A program made the translations under genes and the position numbers. A stretch of DNA of 64,000 bases from the human T2T-CHM13v2.0 reference genome, Homo sapiens. The notes beneath the pieces are model-generated. The model searched no databases and was not told the origin of the DNA. It was given only the letters and a program-made list of their open reading frames with translations. The stretch lies in the NCBI RefSeq assembly GCF_009914755.1, contig NC_060933.1, one strand, 5' to 3'. The stretch's first letter is position 1. Every line of letters begins with the position of its first letter. Shown one piece after another: positions 1-23,735 of this stretch.

Positions 1-959
1 GGACAGGGGGACAGAATAGGAGGCAGACTTTTCACTGGGTCTCTTTACATTATTTGAGTTTTGAATATAATTTATTAATTTTCCAAAAAAGCAAATATTT
101 TCTAGCTTAGAAATTTCACTTCTGGGTTAATAATTGCAGAAGAATGACTTGATGTCCATACAAAGTATTCCTCCTGTTTGATGATAGCAGAGATCTGAAA
201 ACAACCCAAATACCCAGATGGAAAAATGGCTAAGTTAAGTTAAGGGAGTGCCATAGAATGGAATAGTTTTTAGCATTAAAACTGGCGAAGATAGGCTGGG
301 CATGGTGGCTCAGGCCTGTAATCCCAGCACTTTGGGAGGCCGAGTCCTACGGATCACTTGAGATCAGGAGTTTGAGACCAGCCTGGCCAACATGGCGAAA
401 CTCCCTGCCTGTACGAAAAATACAAAAATTAGCCGGGCATGGTGGCACTCGGCCTGTAGTCCCAGCTACTCAGGAGGCCGACGCGGGAGAATCGTTTGAA
501 TGGAGGAGGCGGAGGTTGCAGTGAGCCGAGATTGTGCCAAGGCACTCCACCCTGGGCGACAGAGCAAAACTTGGTCTCAAAAAAAACAAACAAAAAAAAA
601 AGATACAGTAGGGAAAGGATGGTCTTCACAAATAGTGCTGGGTCATTTGAGAAGTCATAAGGGGAAAATAATGTATATTGACCCCAGTCTCACACCATTC
701 ACAAAATTGATTCCAGATGGACTGCAATCTAAATATAAAAGGTAAATAATGAAGCTTTTAGAAGAAAATTATATCTTAATGGCTTTGGATTAATTCAAGA
801 TCCTTAGGTTACAGAATACACTAAAAGAAAAACAAAAATGAGAAATTGGCCTTCATCAATGCTAAGAATATCTATTCATCAAAAGATACCATTAGAGACC
901 AGGCACAGTGGCTCACACCTGTAATCCCAACGCTTTAGGAGGCCAACATGGGAGAATCA

Positions 960-1145
<186 letters not shown>

Positions 1146-2039
1146 TCAAGCCTGGGTGACAGAGTGAGACTCCATCTCAAATTAAAAAAAAAAAAAAAAG
1201 ATACCATTAGAGAGTGAACAAGAAAGCCACAGAAAGGCAAAAGAGAACTGTAATACATATATCTGACAAAGGACTCACATGTAGAATTTATAGAGAACTT
1301 TTATTATAACACTGAAGAAGAAGCAGACAATCTTACAAAAAAAAAATTAGAAAAACCTGGAATAGACACTTCGCAAAAGGTGATTCCTGAACAGCCAATA
1401 AATTTTGCAATATGTGTGTTTAACTTCCCTGACTAGAAGGGAATTTCATATTAAAACCACAACAGAGTGTTATTGTAATCACTAGAATAGTTTAAATGAA
1501 AAAGATAGATAATACCAAATGCTAGCAAAGAGCAACTTGAACTCTCATACACTGCTGCTAAGAGTGCAAGTTCATACAACCCCTTGGAAAAACTGGCACT
1601 TTTTTCCACAGGCACGTACCACCACGCCTGTAGAGGCAGGGTCTCTCTATGTTGCCCAGGCTGATCCTGGGCTTGAGGGATCCTCCCACTTTGGCCTCCC
1701 AGAGTACTGGACTTACAGGCCTGAGCCACCACACACGGCTCCACTTTGTCAAGTTTTACTAGCTAGTTTGAGGTTCAAGAAAAGTTTCAAAGCAAATGCC
1801 TTTTTATTGGACTAGTGACTTTTTTCTTTTTTTTCTTTTTTTTTTTTTTTTTGCCAAATCAATAACTGCATAATGACTTTTACATGACTAAATTTTACTT
1901 ATCTTCCCACACATAAGACTGTCGTACAATTATCAAATGCTTTATGAAGCACCATTTTGTGCATAACATCACAGCACAAAGACTAGTATGATTATGGTAA
2001 TGGGAGTTATTTCACTATTCTCTTCAAGAAATGGTAAAA

Positions 2040-6707
<4,668 letters not shown>

Positions 6708-7637
6708 TAATAATAGACACATTTGATTTTATCAAAATTAAAAGCTTCTGTGCATCAAAGGACACAACAGAATAAAAAAGCAATATACGGAAAGGGAGAT
6801 TCATGAAGCTGAGTGAACACCAAACAGAATGAATCTAAAGAAAACATGACCCAACCATAAGCCATCTACAACGAACTCATTCCAAATATAACAATATAAA
6901 TAGTTTGAAAACAAGTAGTGACAAAAACTAAGAAGTTGTAAAAAGAAGTGATGGGGGTATGTTATAGAGACACAGGAGCCAGCTGAAAGAATTCCTAATG
7001 GCCAAAGCTAGAACAATTTGACCAAGAAAATAAAAAATATAATAGTACATTATTAACCGAAGTATAAAATAAATATACATAAGGAAAGCCTACGAAAAAT
7101 TCTTCTAGATATTGGTCTAGGCAAAGAATTCATGGCTAAGACTTCAAAAGCAAATACAGCAATAACAAAAATAGACAAATGAGACTTAATTAAACTAAAA
7201 TGTTTCTGCACAGCAGAAAAATAACGCAGTGAATAACAACCTGCAGAATAGGAGAAAATATTTTGCAAACTATGCATCTGACGGACTAATATCCAGAATA
7301 TGCAAAGAACTCAAACATCTTAACAACAACAACAAAAACCAAATAACCCCACTAAAAGCAGTCAAAGAACATGAACAGACATTTGACAAACAAAGACATA
7401 CAAATGGCCAACAAGCATATGAAAATATTCTCAACATCACTACTCATCAGGGAAATGAAAATTAAAATGAGATATCAGCTTACACCAGTCAGAATGCCTA
7501 TTAATAAAAAGTCAAAGGCCAGGCACAGTGGTTCACGCCTGTAATCCCAGCACTTTGGGAGGCCGAGGCGGGTGGATTACCTGAGGTCGGGAGTTTGAGA
7601 CCAGCCTGACTAACACGGAGAAACCCTGTCTCTACTA

Positions 7638-8012
<375 letters not shown>

Positions 8013-8217
8013 CTACCTAAAGGAAAAGAAATCATTATATCAAAAAGGTACCTGCATTTGTATGTATGTAGTAGCACTATTTCCAGCAGAAAAGATATGG
8101 AATCAACCTAAGTCAACCTAGGTGTCTATCAAAGGATGATTGAATAAAGAAAATGTTTTATACACACACACACACACATATATGTATGTGTATATACAGG
8201 AATACTACTCAGCCATA

Positions 8218-8793
8218 TGTTGGGGACCAACCCCAACACCACCCGTAGGGTACCCAAAGTCCGGTGGTGACAAAGGAATGAGAAGAGACAGGTTAAGAGT
8301 TCATAAAGGTGGGAGCCAGGGGGCCAGAGCAAATCAGAGGCTGCGAAGGTGCCAAGCTCTGGTCTCCACACTATTTATTGAGTACAGTCACTTAGATCTA
8401 AGAAGCAGATGTTCAGGGGTGAAACGGTGAAAGCGGGGGGCGGTGTGACATACACCTAATCTATAGCAATGGCGGTTTAGGTAAATTTTCTTTGTGCTGA
8501 AGCAGCATAAACTTAACTACTGATTTATTCTTTAACTTATTGGAGAGCAGCTATCGGGAGTGGGCATAACTAGGAGCCGGCATATCTGGCCACATTCCGA
8601 TGCTTCAAAGGAGTGTCTTTCTCCTTGAGCACAGTGTTTATAGATAAGAGAGCAGGTCACACTCTGGTCATGGGAACGTTATGGCAATTAGAAGACTTTC
8701 CTCCTCAGAGGCCTCTTGTGGCTTTCCACAACTTATTGTCCCATATTTTTATGGCCAGTTTATGCAGGCACCCCACAAGCCCTTTTCCCAACA
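8218..8793 (-). mobile_element. Solo LTR, LTR14-like (HERV-K(C4)/HML-10)
   Basis: TG...CA termini, 576 bp, perfect 6-bp TSD GCCATA (8212-8217 and 8794-8799). The minus strand starts TGTTGGGAAAAGGGCTTGTGGGGTGCC, as recalled for LTR14, and has an AATAAA at ~8374-8379. Confidence 0.8.
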
Positions 8794-8854
8794 GCCATAA
8801 AAAAAGAATAAAATCATGTCATTTGCAGCAACATGGAACTGGATATCATTTTTA

Positions 8855-9032
8855 TATCTATATATATATACACACATACACATGTATATATGTGTATATA
8901 CGTATATACACGTATATACGTGTATACACATATATACGTGTATATACATATATACACGTATATACGTGTATACACGTATATACGTGTATACACGTATATA
9001 CACGTATATACGTGTATATACATATATATATA
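8855..9032. repeat. Purine-pyrimidine alternating tandem repeat with an 18-bp TATACACGTATATACGTG unit
   Basis: Directly visible, and it abuts the poly(T) tail of a minus-strand Alu. Confidence 0.9.
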
Positions 9033-9297
9033 TTTTTTTTTTTGAGACGGAGTTTTGCTCTGTCACCCAGGCTGGAGTGCAGTGACAGGATCTTGGCTCA
9101 CTGCAACCTCTGCCTCCCGGGTTCAAGCAGTTCTCCTGCCTCAGCCTCCTGAGTAGCTGGGATTACAGGCACACACCACCGTGGCCGGCTAATTTTTGTA
9201 TTTTTTTAGTAGAGTTGAGGATTCACCATGTTGGCCAGGCTGGTCTCAAACTCCTGACCTCAGGTGATCTGCCCACCTCGGCCCCACAAAGTGCTGA

Positions 9298-9462
<165 letters not shown>

Positions 9463-10469
9463 TAGCTGGGGCTACAGACACATACCACTACACCCAGCTA
9501 ATTTTGCTCTTGTCACCCGGGATTACAGGGTGAGCTGGGATTACAGGCATGAGCCACCACACCCGGCTTACTATCTTAAGTAAAATAACTCAAAAGCAGA
9601 AAGTCAAATATGGCATATTCACACTTATAAGTAACAGCTAAATAATGTATACACATGGACATAGAGTGTAGAATAATAGACAGTGGAGACTTGACAGGGT
9701 GGAAGGGAGGTGAGAGATGAGACATGACTTAATGAGTATGTACACTATTCTGGTGATGGTTACACTAAAAGTCCAGACTTCACCACTACACAATACATTC
9801 ATGTGACAAAACTGCACTTGTACCCCCTAAATTTATACAAGAAGAAAGAAGAAACAAGAAAGGAAAAGAGAAAAAAAAGAAGTAATAAAAAAGTATAGAC
9901 AATGAAAACACTAATCAAAAGAATGCTAGAATGGTTACATTATTAGAAAATAAGGTGGACTTCAGAGCAAAGAGAATTACCAGAATCAAAGAAGAACGTT
10001 ATCATGATAAGAGGATGAATTCGCTAAGAAGATATAATCAAAAATGTGGATGCACTAAACAAAAGAAATGACAGAAATGAAAGAAGAAGTAGACACATTC
10101 TCAATTATAGTCAGGCATTTTAACACTCTTCACAGTAATTGACAGAATCACCCGACAGAAAATCAGCAAGGGTATAGAGGAACTGAACAGCACCATCAAC
10201 CAGGTAACTACAGGATTTTCTGTAGATGGAGACAAGCTGGTTGTCAAATTTACATGGAAAAGCAAAGGCTCTAGAATAGCTATTTTTTTAAAGTTTTGAA
10301 GGTAAAGAATAAAGTTGGAGGACTCACCCTACCCAATTTTAAGAGGTTTTATATAACTACTGTAATCAAGATAGCATGATATGGCAGAGGGGCAGACATA
10401 CAAATAGATGGAAGGGAATCAAGTTCCAGAGTAGACTAACACTAATATGGCCAACTGTTAGTTTTTAAT

Positions 10470-12720
10470 TGACATAGAATTCACGTACTATAAAATTCCC
10501 CCTTATAAAGTGTATGATTAAATGTTTTAGCATATTTACAATGTTTTTGTTACATACACAAGATTGCAACCATCGTCACTATCTAATCCAGATAGTTCGT
10601 CACCCTCCAAAAACAGCCCACACCCATTAGCAGTCAGTATACATTCCTCCCTTCCCCCAGTCCTTGACAACACTAATCTACTTTCTGTCCCTATGGAATT
10701 GCCTCTTCTGAACATTTTATATAAATAGAATCATACAGTAAGTCGCCTCTTGTGCCTAGCTTCTTTCACTTAGCATAATATTTTCAAGGTTTATTCACGT
10801 TGAAATGTATATCGGTACTTCTTTTTATGGCTGAATAATATTCCATTGAATAAATATAGCATATCTTGTTTATATTTATTTATTTATTTATTTGGAGATA
10901 GTATCTCCCTCTGTTGCCCAGGCTGCAGTTCAGTGGCATGACCATTGCTCACTGTAACTTTGAACTCTTGGGCTCAAGAGATCCTCCTGCCTCAGCCTCC
11001 TGAATATCTAGGACTACAGGTACATGCCACTACACCTGGCTAATTGTTTTAAAATTTTTCATAGAGATGGGGTCTTGCTATGTTGCCCAGGCTGCATATC
11101 TTGTTTATATATTAATCAGTGATGGACATTTGGAGTGTTTCCATTTTGGCTATGATAAATAGTGCTGCTATGAACATTTATGTACAATTTTTGTGTGAAC
11201 TTATGTTTTCACTTGTCTTTAGTATCTGCATAGGATTGGAATTGCTGAGTCACATGGTAACTCTATGTTTAACTTTTTGAGGAACTTCCACACTGTTCAA
11301 AATGGCTGCACCATTTTACATTCCCAACCAGCAATGTATGAGGGTTCCAACTTTTTCACATCCTCATCAACACTTGCTATTGTCTTTTTTATTCCAACCA
11401 TCCTAGTGGGTGTAAAGTGGTATCTCATTGTGGTTTTGATTTTCAATTCCTTGATAATCAGTGAGGTTGAACCTCTTTTCATGTGCTTCTTGGCCATGTG
11501 TATGTCTTCTTTGGAAAAAATGTTTATTCAAATCCTTTGCCCATTTTCGTTAAAGATATTTGTAGTTTACCACTGACTTATATAACAATAGAGTTATGTA
11601 TTATTCTAGGTGTTAGTTCCTTATCATAGGGGTCCCCAGACCCCAGGGTCACAGACTAGTACTGGCACAGCAGGAGGTGAGCAGCTGGTAAGCTCGCATT
11701 ACCGCCTGAGCTTTGCCTCCTGTTGTATTAGCGGGAGCATTAGGTTCTCATAGAAGTGCAAACCCTATTGTGAACTGCAGATGTGAGGGATCTAGATTAT
11801 GCAATCTGAGGTGGAACAGTTTCATCCTGAAACCATCCCCCTACTTCCATCCGTGGAAAACTATCTTCCACAAAACCAGTCCCTGGTGCCAAAAAGGTTG
11901 GGGACCGCTGTCTTATCATATATGATTTGCAAATATTTCTCCTATTCTGGAGATTGTCTTTCATTTTCTTGATAGTGTCATTTGAAGCACAAACATTTTT
12001 AATTTTGATGAAGTCCAATTTACCTATTTTTTGGAGGTTGCATGTGTTTTTGGTGTAATATCTAAGAAACCATTGAGTATTCCAAATGACAAAGATGTAT
12101 GATTATATTTTCTTTGAAGATTTTTATAGCTTTAGCTCTTACATTTATGTCTTTGATTCATTTTAAGCTCATTTTTGTATATGGTGTGAGGCAGGGGTCC
12201 ACCTTATTCCTCTGGATGTAGGGATAACCAGTTGTTCAGCAGTGTTTGTTGGAAATATTATTATTTCCCTTTGGCATTGTCTTGGAAACCTTGTCAAAAA
12301 TCAGTTGGCCATAATGTATAAGTTTATCTCTGGATTCTCAATTCTGTTCATATGGATATAGATCTACATGTCTATCCTTATGCCAGTACTACCTGATCTT
12401 AATTACTGTAGCTTTGTAGTAAGTTTTGAAATCAAGAAATGTAAATCCTTTAACTTTGTCTCCCTTTTTCAAGATTGTTTTAGCTATTCTGAGTTCCTTG
12501 GATTTAAAAAAAATTTTTTTGTCCTTGGAAGACTTCAAAATTTTGATATAAATTTTTGGATTAGCTTCTCAACGTTTCCAACAAAAACAGCCAACTAAAT
12601 TTTGTGAGGATTGTAGTGAATCTGTACACAATCTTAAGATGAAAATACTAATCCCATGAAGACAGGATGTCTTTCTACTTATTTAGATCTTAATTTGTTT
12701 CAATGTTGTTTTGTAGTTTT
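10470..12720 (-). mobile_element. L1 (L1MB/MC-like) 3' region, minus strand, interrupted by an Alu and MER1
   Basis: Minus-strand translation [33 protein letters not shown] is typical of the L1 ORF2 C-terminus. Confidence 0.8.
11627..11910 (+). mobile_element. MER1-type hAT-Charlie MITE
   Basis: Starts (T)AGGGGTCCCC and ends GGTTGGGGACCGCTG. 8-bp TSD CCTTATCA/TCTTATCA. Confidence 0.85.
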
Positions 12721-13809
12721 TCATATCATCACTCTTAAGTTCAGACTTTCACAAAGTCTTTGGACATGGGCACAGTGCAGCTACGTTCTTTGCTAAGGTG
12801 TAACAAGGGTGACCCTTCCTCCAGTTCCCAATAAGTTCCTTATTTCCATCTGAGACCTCATCAGCCTGGCCTTCACTGTCCCTAATTCTATCAGCACTTT
12901 GGTCACAACCACTTAACCAGTCTCATAAAAGTTCCAAACGTTCCCTCATCTTCCTTTCTTCTTCTGAGTCCCCCAAACTCTTCCAAATTGTCCATTACTC
13001 AGTTCCAAAGCTGCTTCCACATTTTCAGCTTTCTTTATAGCCATGTGCCACTCCTCAGTATTAATTTTCCATATTAGTCCATTTTGCACCACTATAAAGG
13101 AATACCTGAAGCTAAGTAATTTGTTTGTTTTTTATTTTTATTTATTATTTTTGAGACAGAGTCTCACTCCGTTGCCCAGGCTGGAGTGCAGTGGCACAAT
13201 CTTAGCTCACTGCAACCTCCGTCTCCCGAGTTCAAGTGATTCTTGTGACTCAACCACCCAAGTAACTGAGATTGCAGGCATGTGCACCACACCCAGCTAA
13301 TTTTTTGCTATTTTTTAAGTAGAGACAGGGTTTTACTGTGTTGGCCAGGCTGGTCTTGAACTCATGGCCTCAAGTGATCTACCCACCTCATCTTCCCAAA
13401 GTGCTGGGATTACAGGCCACTGCACCTGGCTGAGACTGAGTAATTTATAAAGAAAATAAGTTTATTTGGCACACAGTTCTGCAGACTGTACAAGAAACAT
13501 GGCATCAGCATTGGCTGATCTTCTGGTGAGGGCCTCAGGAAAGTTTTATTCATGGTAGAAGGCAAGGGAAGCTGGCATGTCATATGGGAGAGAGGGAGCA
13601 GGAGAGATAGGGCAGATCCCAGACTCTTTAACAACCAGATCTTGCTTGAACTAATGGCACTAGAACTCTCATTAATGTAGGGAAGGCACCAAGCCATTAC
13701 TGAGGGATCTGTCCCCATGGCCCAAACACCTTGCACCAGGCCCCACCACCAACATTAGCAGTCACATTTCAATATGAGATTTGGAGAGGACAAATATCAA
13801 AACTATCTC

Positions 13810-13810
<1 letters not shown>
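12720..13810 (-). mobile_element. MaLR MST-type LTR (~13069-13810, Alu-interrupted) plus an adjacent internal fragment
   Basis: Reverse complement of MST LTR motifs (TATTAGTCCATTTTGCAC...CAAATATCAAAACTATCTCA) and of the MaLR internal start. Confidence 0.75.
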
Positions 13811-17864
<4,054 letters not shown>

Positions 17865-17870
<6 letters not shown>

Positions 17871-18270
17871 TGGCATTCATAAAACCATACCCCAGAATGA
17901 CAGCCTCAGAAACAGCCTCAGAAGAAAAAGTTTTTCTCTGACCTTCTCCTACCCTCCTGTCTCTCAGTCCCATTCTCCACCAAGGCTAGCCAGAGACACC
18001 TAGAATCCCTTTTCCACAAGGTGGGTTATAGAAACCAGAACCCCTTTTCCCCAAAGCCAGCTATAAAACCTAAAAATATGAATCTAGCCTTTCCTCCATC
18101 TTTCTGTGTAAAAACTGGTCATAAAGGATTATCTGACCTACCTTGTTTGATTGTAGGTCATAAGGCTCCGATCCCTGCTGAGAGGACCCTGCTCCACACC
18201 CAGAAGGAAAGAAAGCATGCTCACAGAGACCACAAAAAACCTAGACAGACACTGGGTTTCCCCACTCTTT
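17865..18270 (+). mobile_element. ERV1 (MER4-group-like) LTR fragment
   Basis: GCCTCAGAAACAGCCTCAGAAGAAAAAGTTTTTCTCTGACCTTCTCC resembles recalled MER4-group LTRs. Subfamily is uncertain. Confidence 0.55.
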
Positions 18271-18296
18271 TTTCTTTTTTCTTTTTTTTTTTTTGA

Positions 18297-18548
<252 letters not shown>

Positions 18549-19014
18549 TAGGCATGAGCCACTGCGCCTGGCCTTCTATATTTAAAAACATTATCTTCTT
18601 AATGTTGCTTTTGGGATTAAAATTAATAACATATTAATCTAATTTTGATTAATATCAACTTCATTTTAATGGCATCTAAACACTTTGGTCCTATAGCTCT
18701 GTTCTTTCCCTTCTCCTTTGTGCTGTTATTGGCAAACAAACTAATTTTTATACATAGAGTATGCATCAACACAGATTTATAATTATTGAATTATTTCTCT
18801 ATGTGGCTGTCTTTTACATCAAATAAAAGAAAGAGTTACAAACAAAAATACATGTATACTGTCTTTTACATTTGCTTATGTAGTTATCTTTATTGGTACT
18901 CTTTATTTATAGGTGTGGATTCTTATTACTATCTAGAGCCCTACAATTCAGTACAAAGGTCTCCTTTTAGCATTTCTTATAGGGCAGGTATATTAGTCTG
19001 TTCTCAGGATGCTA

Positions 19015-19443
<429 letters not shown>

Positions 19444-19831
19444 TCAATTTCATTCATTTTTTTTTCATTTTGTTCCTCAGGCTAGATAATGTTCATTGAT
19501 GTATTTTCAAGTTTGTTTATTCTTTCTTCTGAGTGTTTAAATCTGCTGCTAAGCCTCCCTAGTGAACTTTTCATTTCAGTTACTGTAATTTTGAACTACA
19601 GAACTTCTATATGGTTCTTTTTAATATTTCCTCTCTTTTTCATTAATATTCTCTATTTGGGAAGAGATTATTCTCATACTTTTCTTTAGTTCTTTACACA
19701 TAGTTTTGCTTAGTTTTTGAACATATTTAAAATAGGTCGCTTGGCACGGTGGCTCATGCCTGTAATCCCAGCACTTTGGGAGGCCGAGGCGAGTGGATCT
19801 CGAGGTCAGGAGATCGAAACCGTCCTGGCTA

Positions 19832-20176
<345 letters not shown>

Positions 20177-21406
20177 TTAAAGTAACGTATTTTGGCAACT
20201 CTGGAAATCAGATTCTCTTTCTTCCTAAAGGTTTATTGTTGTTGCTTTTGGTTGTTGTTTGCTTCTTTAGTGTATTTTCTGACTTGGTTGAGTAATGTCT
20301 GTTTTCTTATCATGGTGGCCTCTGAAATCTCTGCTTAGTTAGCTTAGTGATCAACTAATAATTAGAGAGAAATTTCCTTAAATACCTGAAACCACTAGGT
20401 TTCTAGTCCTTGCAGAGGGATTCTGTGTATGTGCTGGGACACACTTGCAACACTCAGCTAGGAAGTTGCTAACTGGGACTTATCCTTCACTTCCTCCTTA
20501 CATAGAGCCTCAGGATGACCCAGAGATGAGAATTTAGGGCCTTCTCACATCTCTTCCGAGCAGGCACATAGCCCTGGGCATGCACACATTACCATACATG
20601 TGCATGGCCTTCTAGATTCCCAGGAATATGTCAGAGTTTTTAAAGCCCTGTCAGCATTTCATTCCTCAGCCTTTTCTTTCAAGCTTTTTGGTTAGCCTGT
20701 TGTTTGCCCAAATTGTTATCTACTGCATCATGCAGCTACAAAATCAATAAATTGCTTCTAATGTCCCAGGGCAAAGGCTTTTTGCACTGGGTTAACTGCA
20801 AGTTAGGTGAGATAAAGATAGCGTTATTGAGTAGGGTATCCAGGAAACCACTAGACGAGTCAAATAATGACAATTCTCTGGGAATGAGGGTTTGAAGGAT
20901 TTCAAATCCTGCTATGCCCCTCCATTAGCTGCCAAGCTGCTGGTTTCATTGGCAGTTGTGAGCTGTTTTATGGAGCTGGTCAAGAAGGGATGGGACTAGA
21001 ACCAGTGATGGTATCACAAAGCTCACTGTCCTTCCTGAAATTCAGCCATTTTCTTTGAATAAATACTCTCTGAATTAATTTCCAGAGTTCTGAAAATGTT
21101 TGATTCTGACCATTTTTTGCTACTTTTCTTGTTGCTTTTATATTGGACAGAATTTTGGAGATTTAATCTGCTGTTGTTTTTCCTCTTATTTGTACTTTTA
21201 ACTTTTATCTTTATTTTATCACACTTAATAACTACTCATGGTTAATCCAGGTACAGTATTAAAAATCAGTGAATTCTCAACAATAGAAGATTACATAGAA
21301 CAAAAATGTCCTACAACAGAAGATTAGTTGGAACAGCTAAAGGTCTAACAATATGTTGGTTTCAAAGGTTCATTTGCAGCTTGTTTCTTTTTTCCTCTTT
21401 CCCTTC

Positions 21407-22034
<628 letters not shown>

Positions 22035-22320
22035 CCTTCTTATCACTATTCAAAGCAAGTTCAGTGAAAACAACCTCACTCCATTCAGATGAGCAAAAGT
22101 CATGAACTACCCCCATAATCATGTCCACCCAGGGACAGCCCCTGCTGAAGCCTGGGTTTACATCCTGTTGGATTCTCACTCTTACTCTCTCCTTTGGTAT
22201 ACCTTCATATACTTATTCTTTCAAAATATGCTTATGTATTTATGCTACAAATTTGAGCTCATAACCCAACAGACTGGTAGTTTTCATAAATTCTGATTTT
22301 TTTTTCTTTTTTTTTTTGTT

Positions 22321-22426
22321 TAAATATGGAACACGTCATGAATTTGTGTGTCATCCTTGTGCAGGGGCCATGCTAATCTTCTCTGTATCGTTCCAGTTTT
22401 AGTATATGTGCTGCAGAAGCAAGCAC
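22321..22426 (-). pseudogene. Full-length U6 snRNA retropseudogene (RNU6 family)
   Basis: Reverse complement matches U6 (GTGCTTGCTTCTGCAGCACATATACTAAAACTGGAACGATACAGAGAAGATTAGCATGGCCCCTGCACAAGGATGACAC...). Poly(T) at ~22297-22320 and TSD ATAAATTCTGATTT at 22286-22299 and 22427-22440. Confidence 0.95.
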
Positions 22427-23569
22427 ATAAATTCTGATTTTAATATAAAATATTTGAAAAATTAGTAAGTGCATGAATTAAAATATAAATATTAGCACAG
22501 ATATATAGTAAGGAGGCAGGTTCCTTTCTGCAGCCAAGATGACCTGTATCCAGCAGTTCTTTGTTTTTTGTTTGTTTGTTTGTTTGTTTGTTTGTGACAG
22601 AGCCTTGCTCTGTCAGCCAGGCTGGAGTACAGTAGCACAATCTCTGCTCACTGCAATCTTTACCTCCTGGGTTCAAGCGATTCTCCTGCCTCAGCCTCCT
22701 GAGTAGCTGGGACTACAGGCAAACACCACCATGTCTGGCTAACTTCTGTATTTTTAGTAGAGACAGGGTTTCACCACGTTGGCTTCAAACTCCTGGCCTC
22801 AAGTGATCCACCTGCCTCAGCCTCCCAAAGTGCTAGGATTACAGGCATGAGCCACATTCCCCCGGCCCCAGCAGTTCTTTCTTGACAGAGGTGTTCTATG
22901 TGTATATGAAGAAATGGGAGTGAATAACAAACTTTACACACTGATACAAACTTTAAATTTCCAAACAAAAGTAATGGTAGTGGAACTAGCATAGAACTAT
23001 CTTTCTTTTAGACCTCTGTTCTCCCTCACTGAGCCTCCAGCTTCATGCAATCAAAAATTCATTAGCGCATCAGTTTCTCTTCTGGCTCCCATAACAATTG
23101 GTTCCTAGTGACATGGTCGGTTCAGGAGCCTAAAACTCATCTCGACAACTTTTTGTCCTTCAGGAGTAATGTCAATAGATCCCTCATTTCTGGACTTTAT
23201 ATTCACTTACTCTATATTAATTTTCTCTCTCCTCCTCTTATTTATTTTAGAATGTGGAATTCCCTTTATGCTTTAGCATCTTTATCCACAGACAATATCC
23301 ATCTCTCAGAGCTGCTGGGAGGATTCCATGGAATCTTGTGTGAGATACTCTGACCATAAGTTAACAGTGAGTTATCTGTCTAGAAAAGGGAGCTCTCATT
23401 TATCAAAAGGGAGCTATGCAGGACCCCAGGTTATTCTGTGTATTCAGAATACACAGAATACGTTATTTTGCCTTATCCCATCCAAGCCAATGAGCTTGAA
23501 AGTTCTCAACTGAAACTTTCATTGAAAGTTTTCTCAATGACAAACAAACAACACAAACCCTCTTGACTA

Positions 23570-23735
23570 GTTACTCCAAGTATTACTGGCAGACCAGCAG
23601 CTTCAGCCTCCTGTAGGTGCTCGTCACAAGTGCAAATGCTTGAGCAGCACCCCAGACCTACTGAACCAGACTCTGCATTTTTAACAAGGTCCCTTGATGA
23701 CTCAGATACACACTACAGGTCAAGAACGACCCTCT
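23570..23735. mobile_element. MER5A-like hAT fragment
   Basis: CCCCAGACCTACTGAACCAGACTCTGCATTTTTAACAAG motif typical of MER5. Confidence 0.6.

Noticed and set aside
8855-9032. Regular short palindromic repeats superficially like a CRISPR array
   Set aside because: There are no unique spacers and no cas genes, and the context is eukaryotic; it is a simple tandem repeat.
8613-9152. 179-aa ORF and overlapping YTYIRV-repeat ORFs
   Set aside because: They are produced by the stop-free RY tandem repeat plus LTR and Alu sequence.
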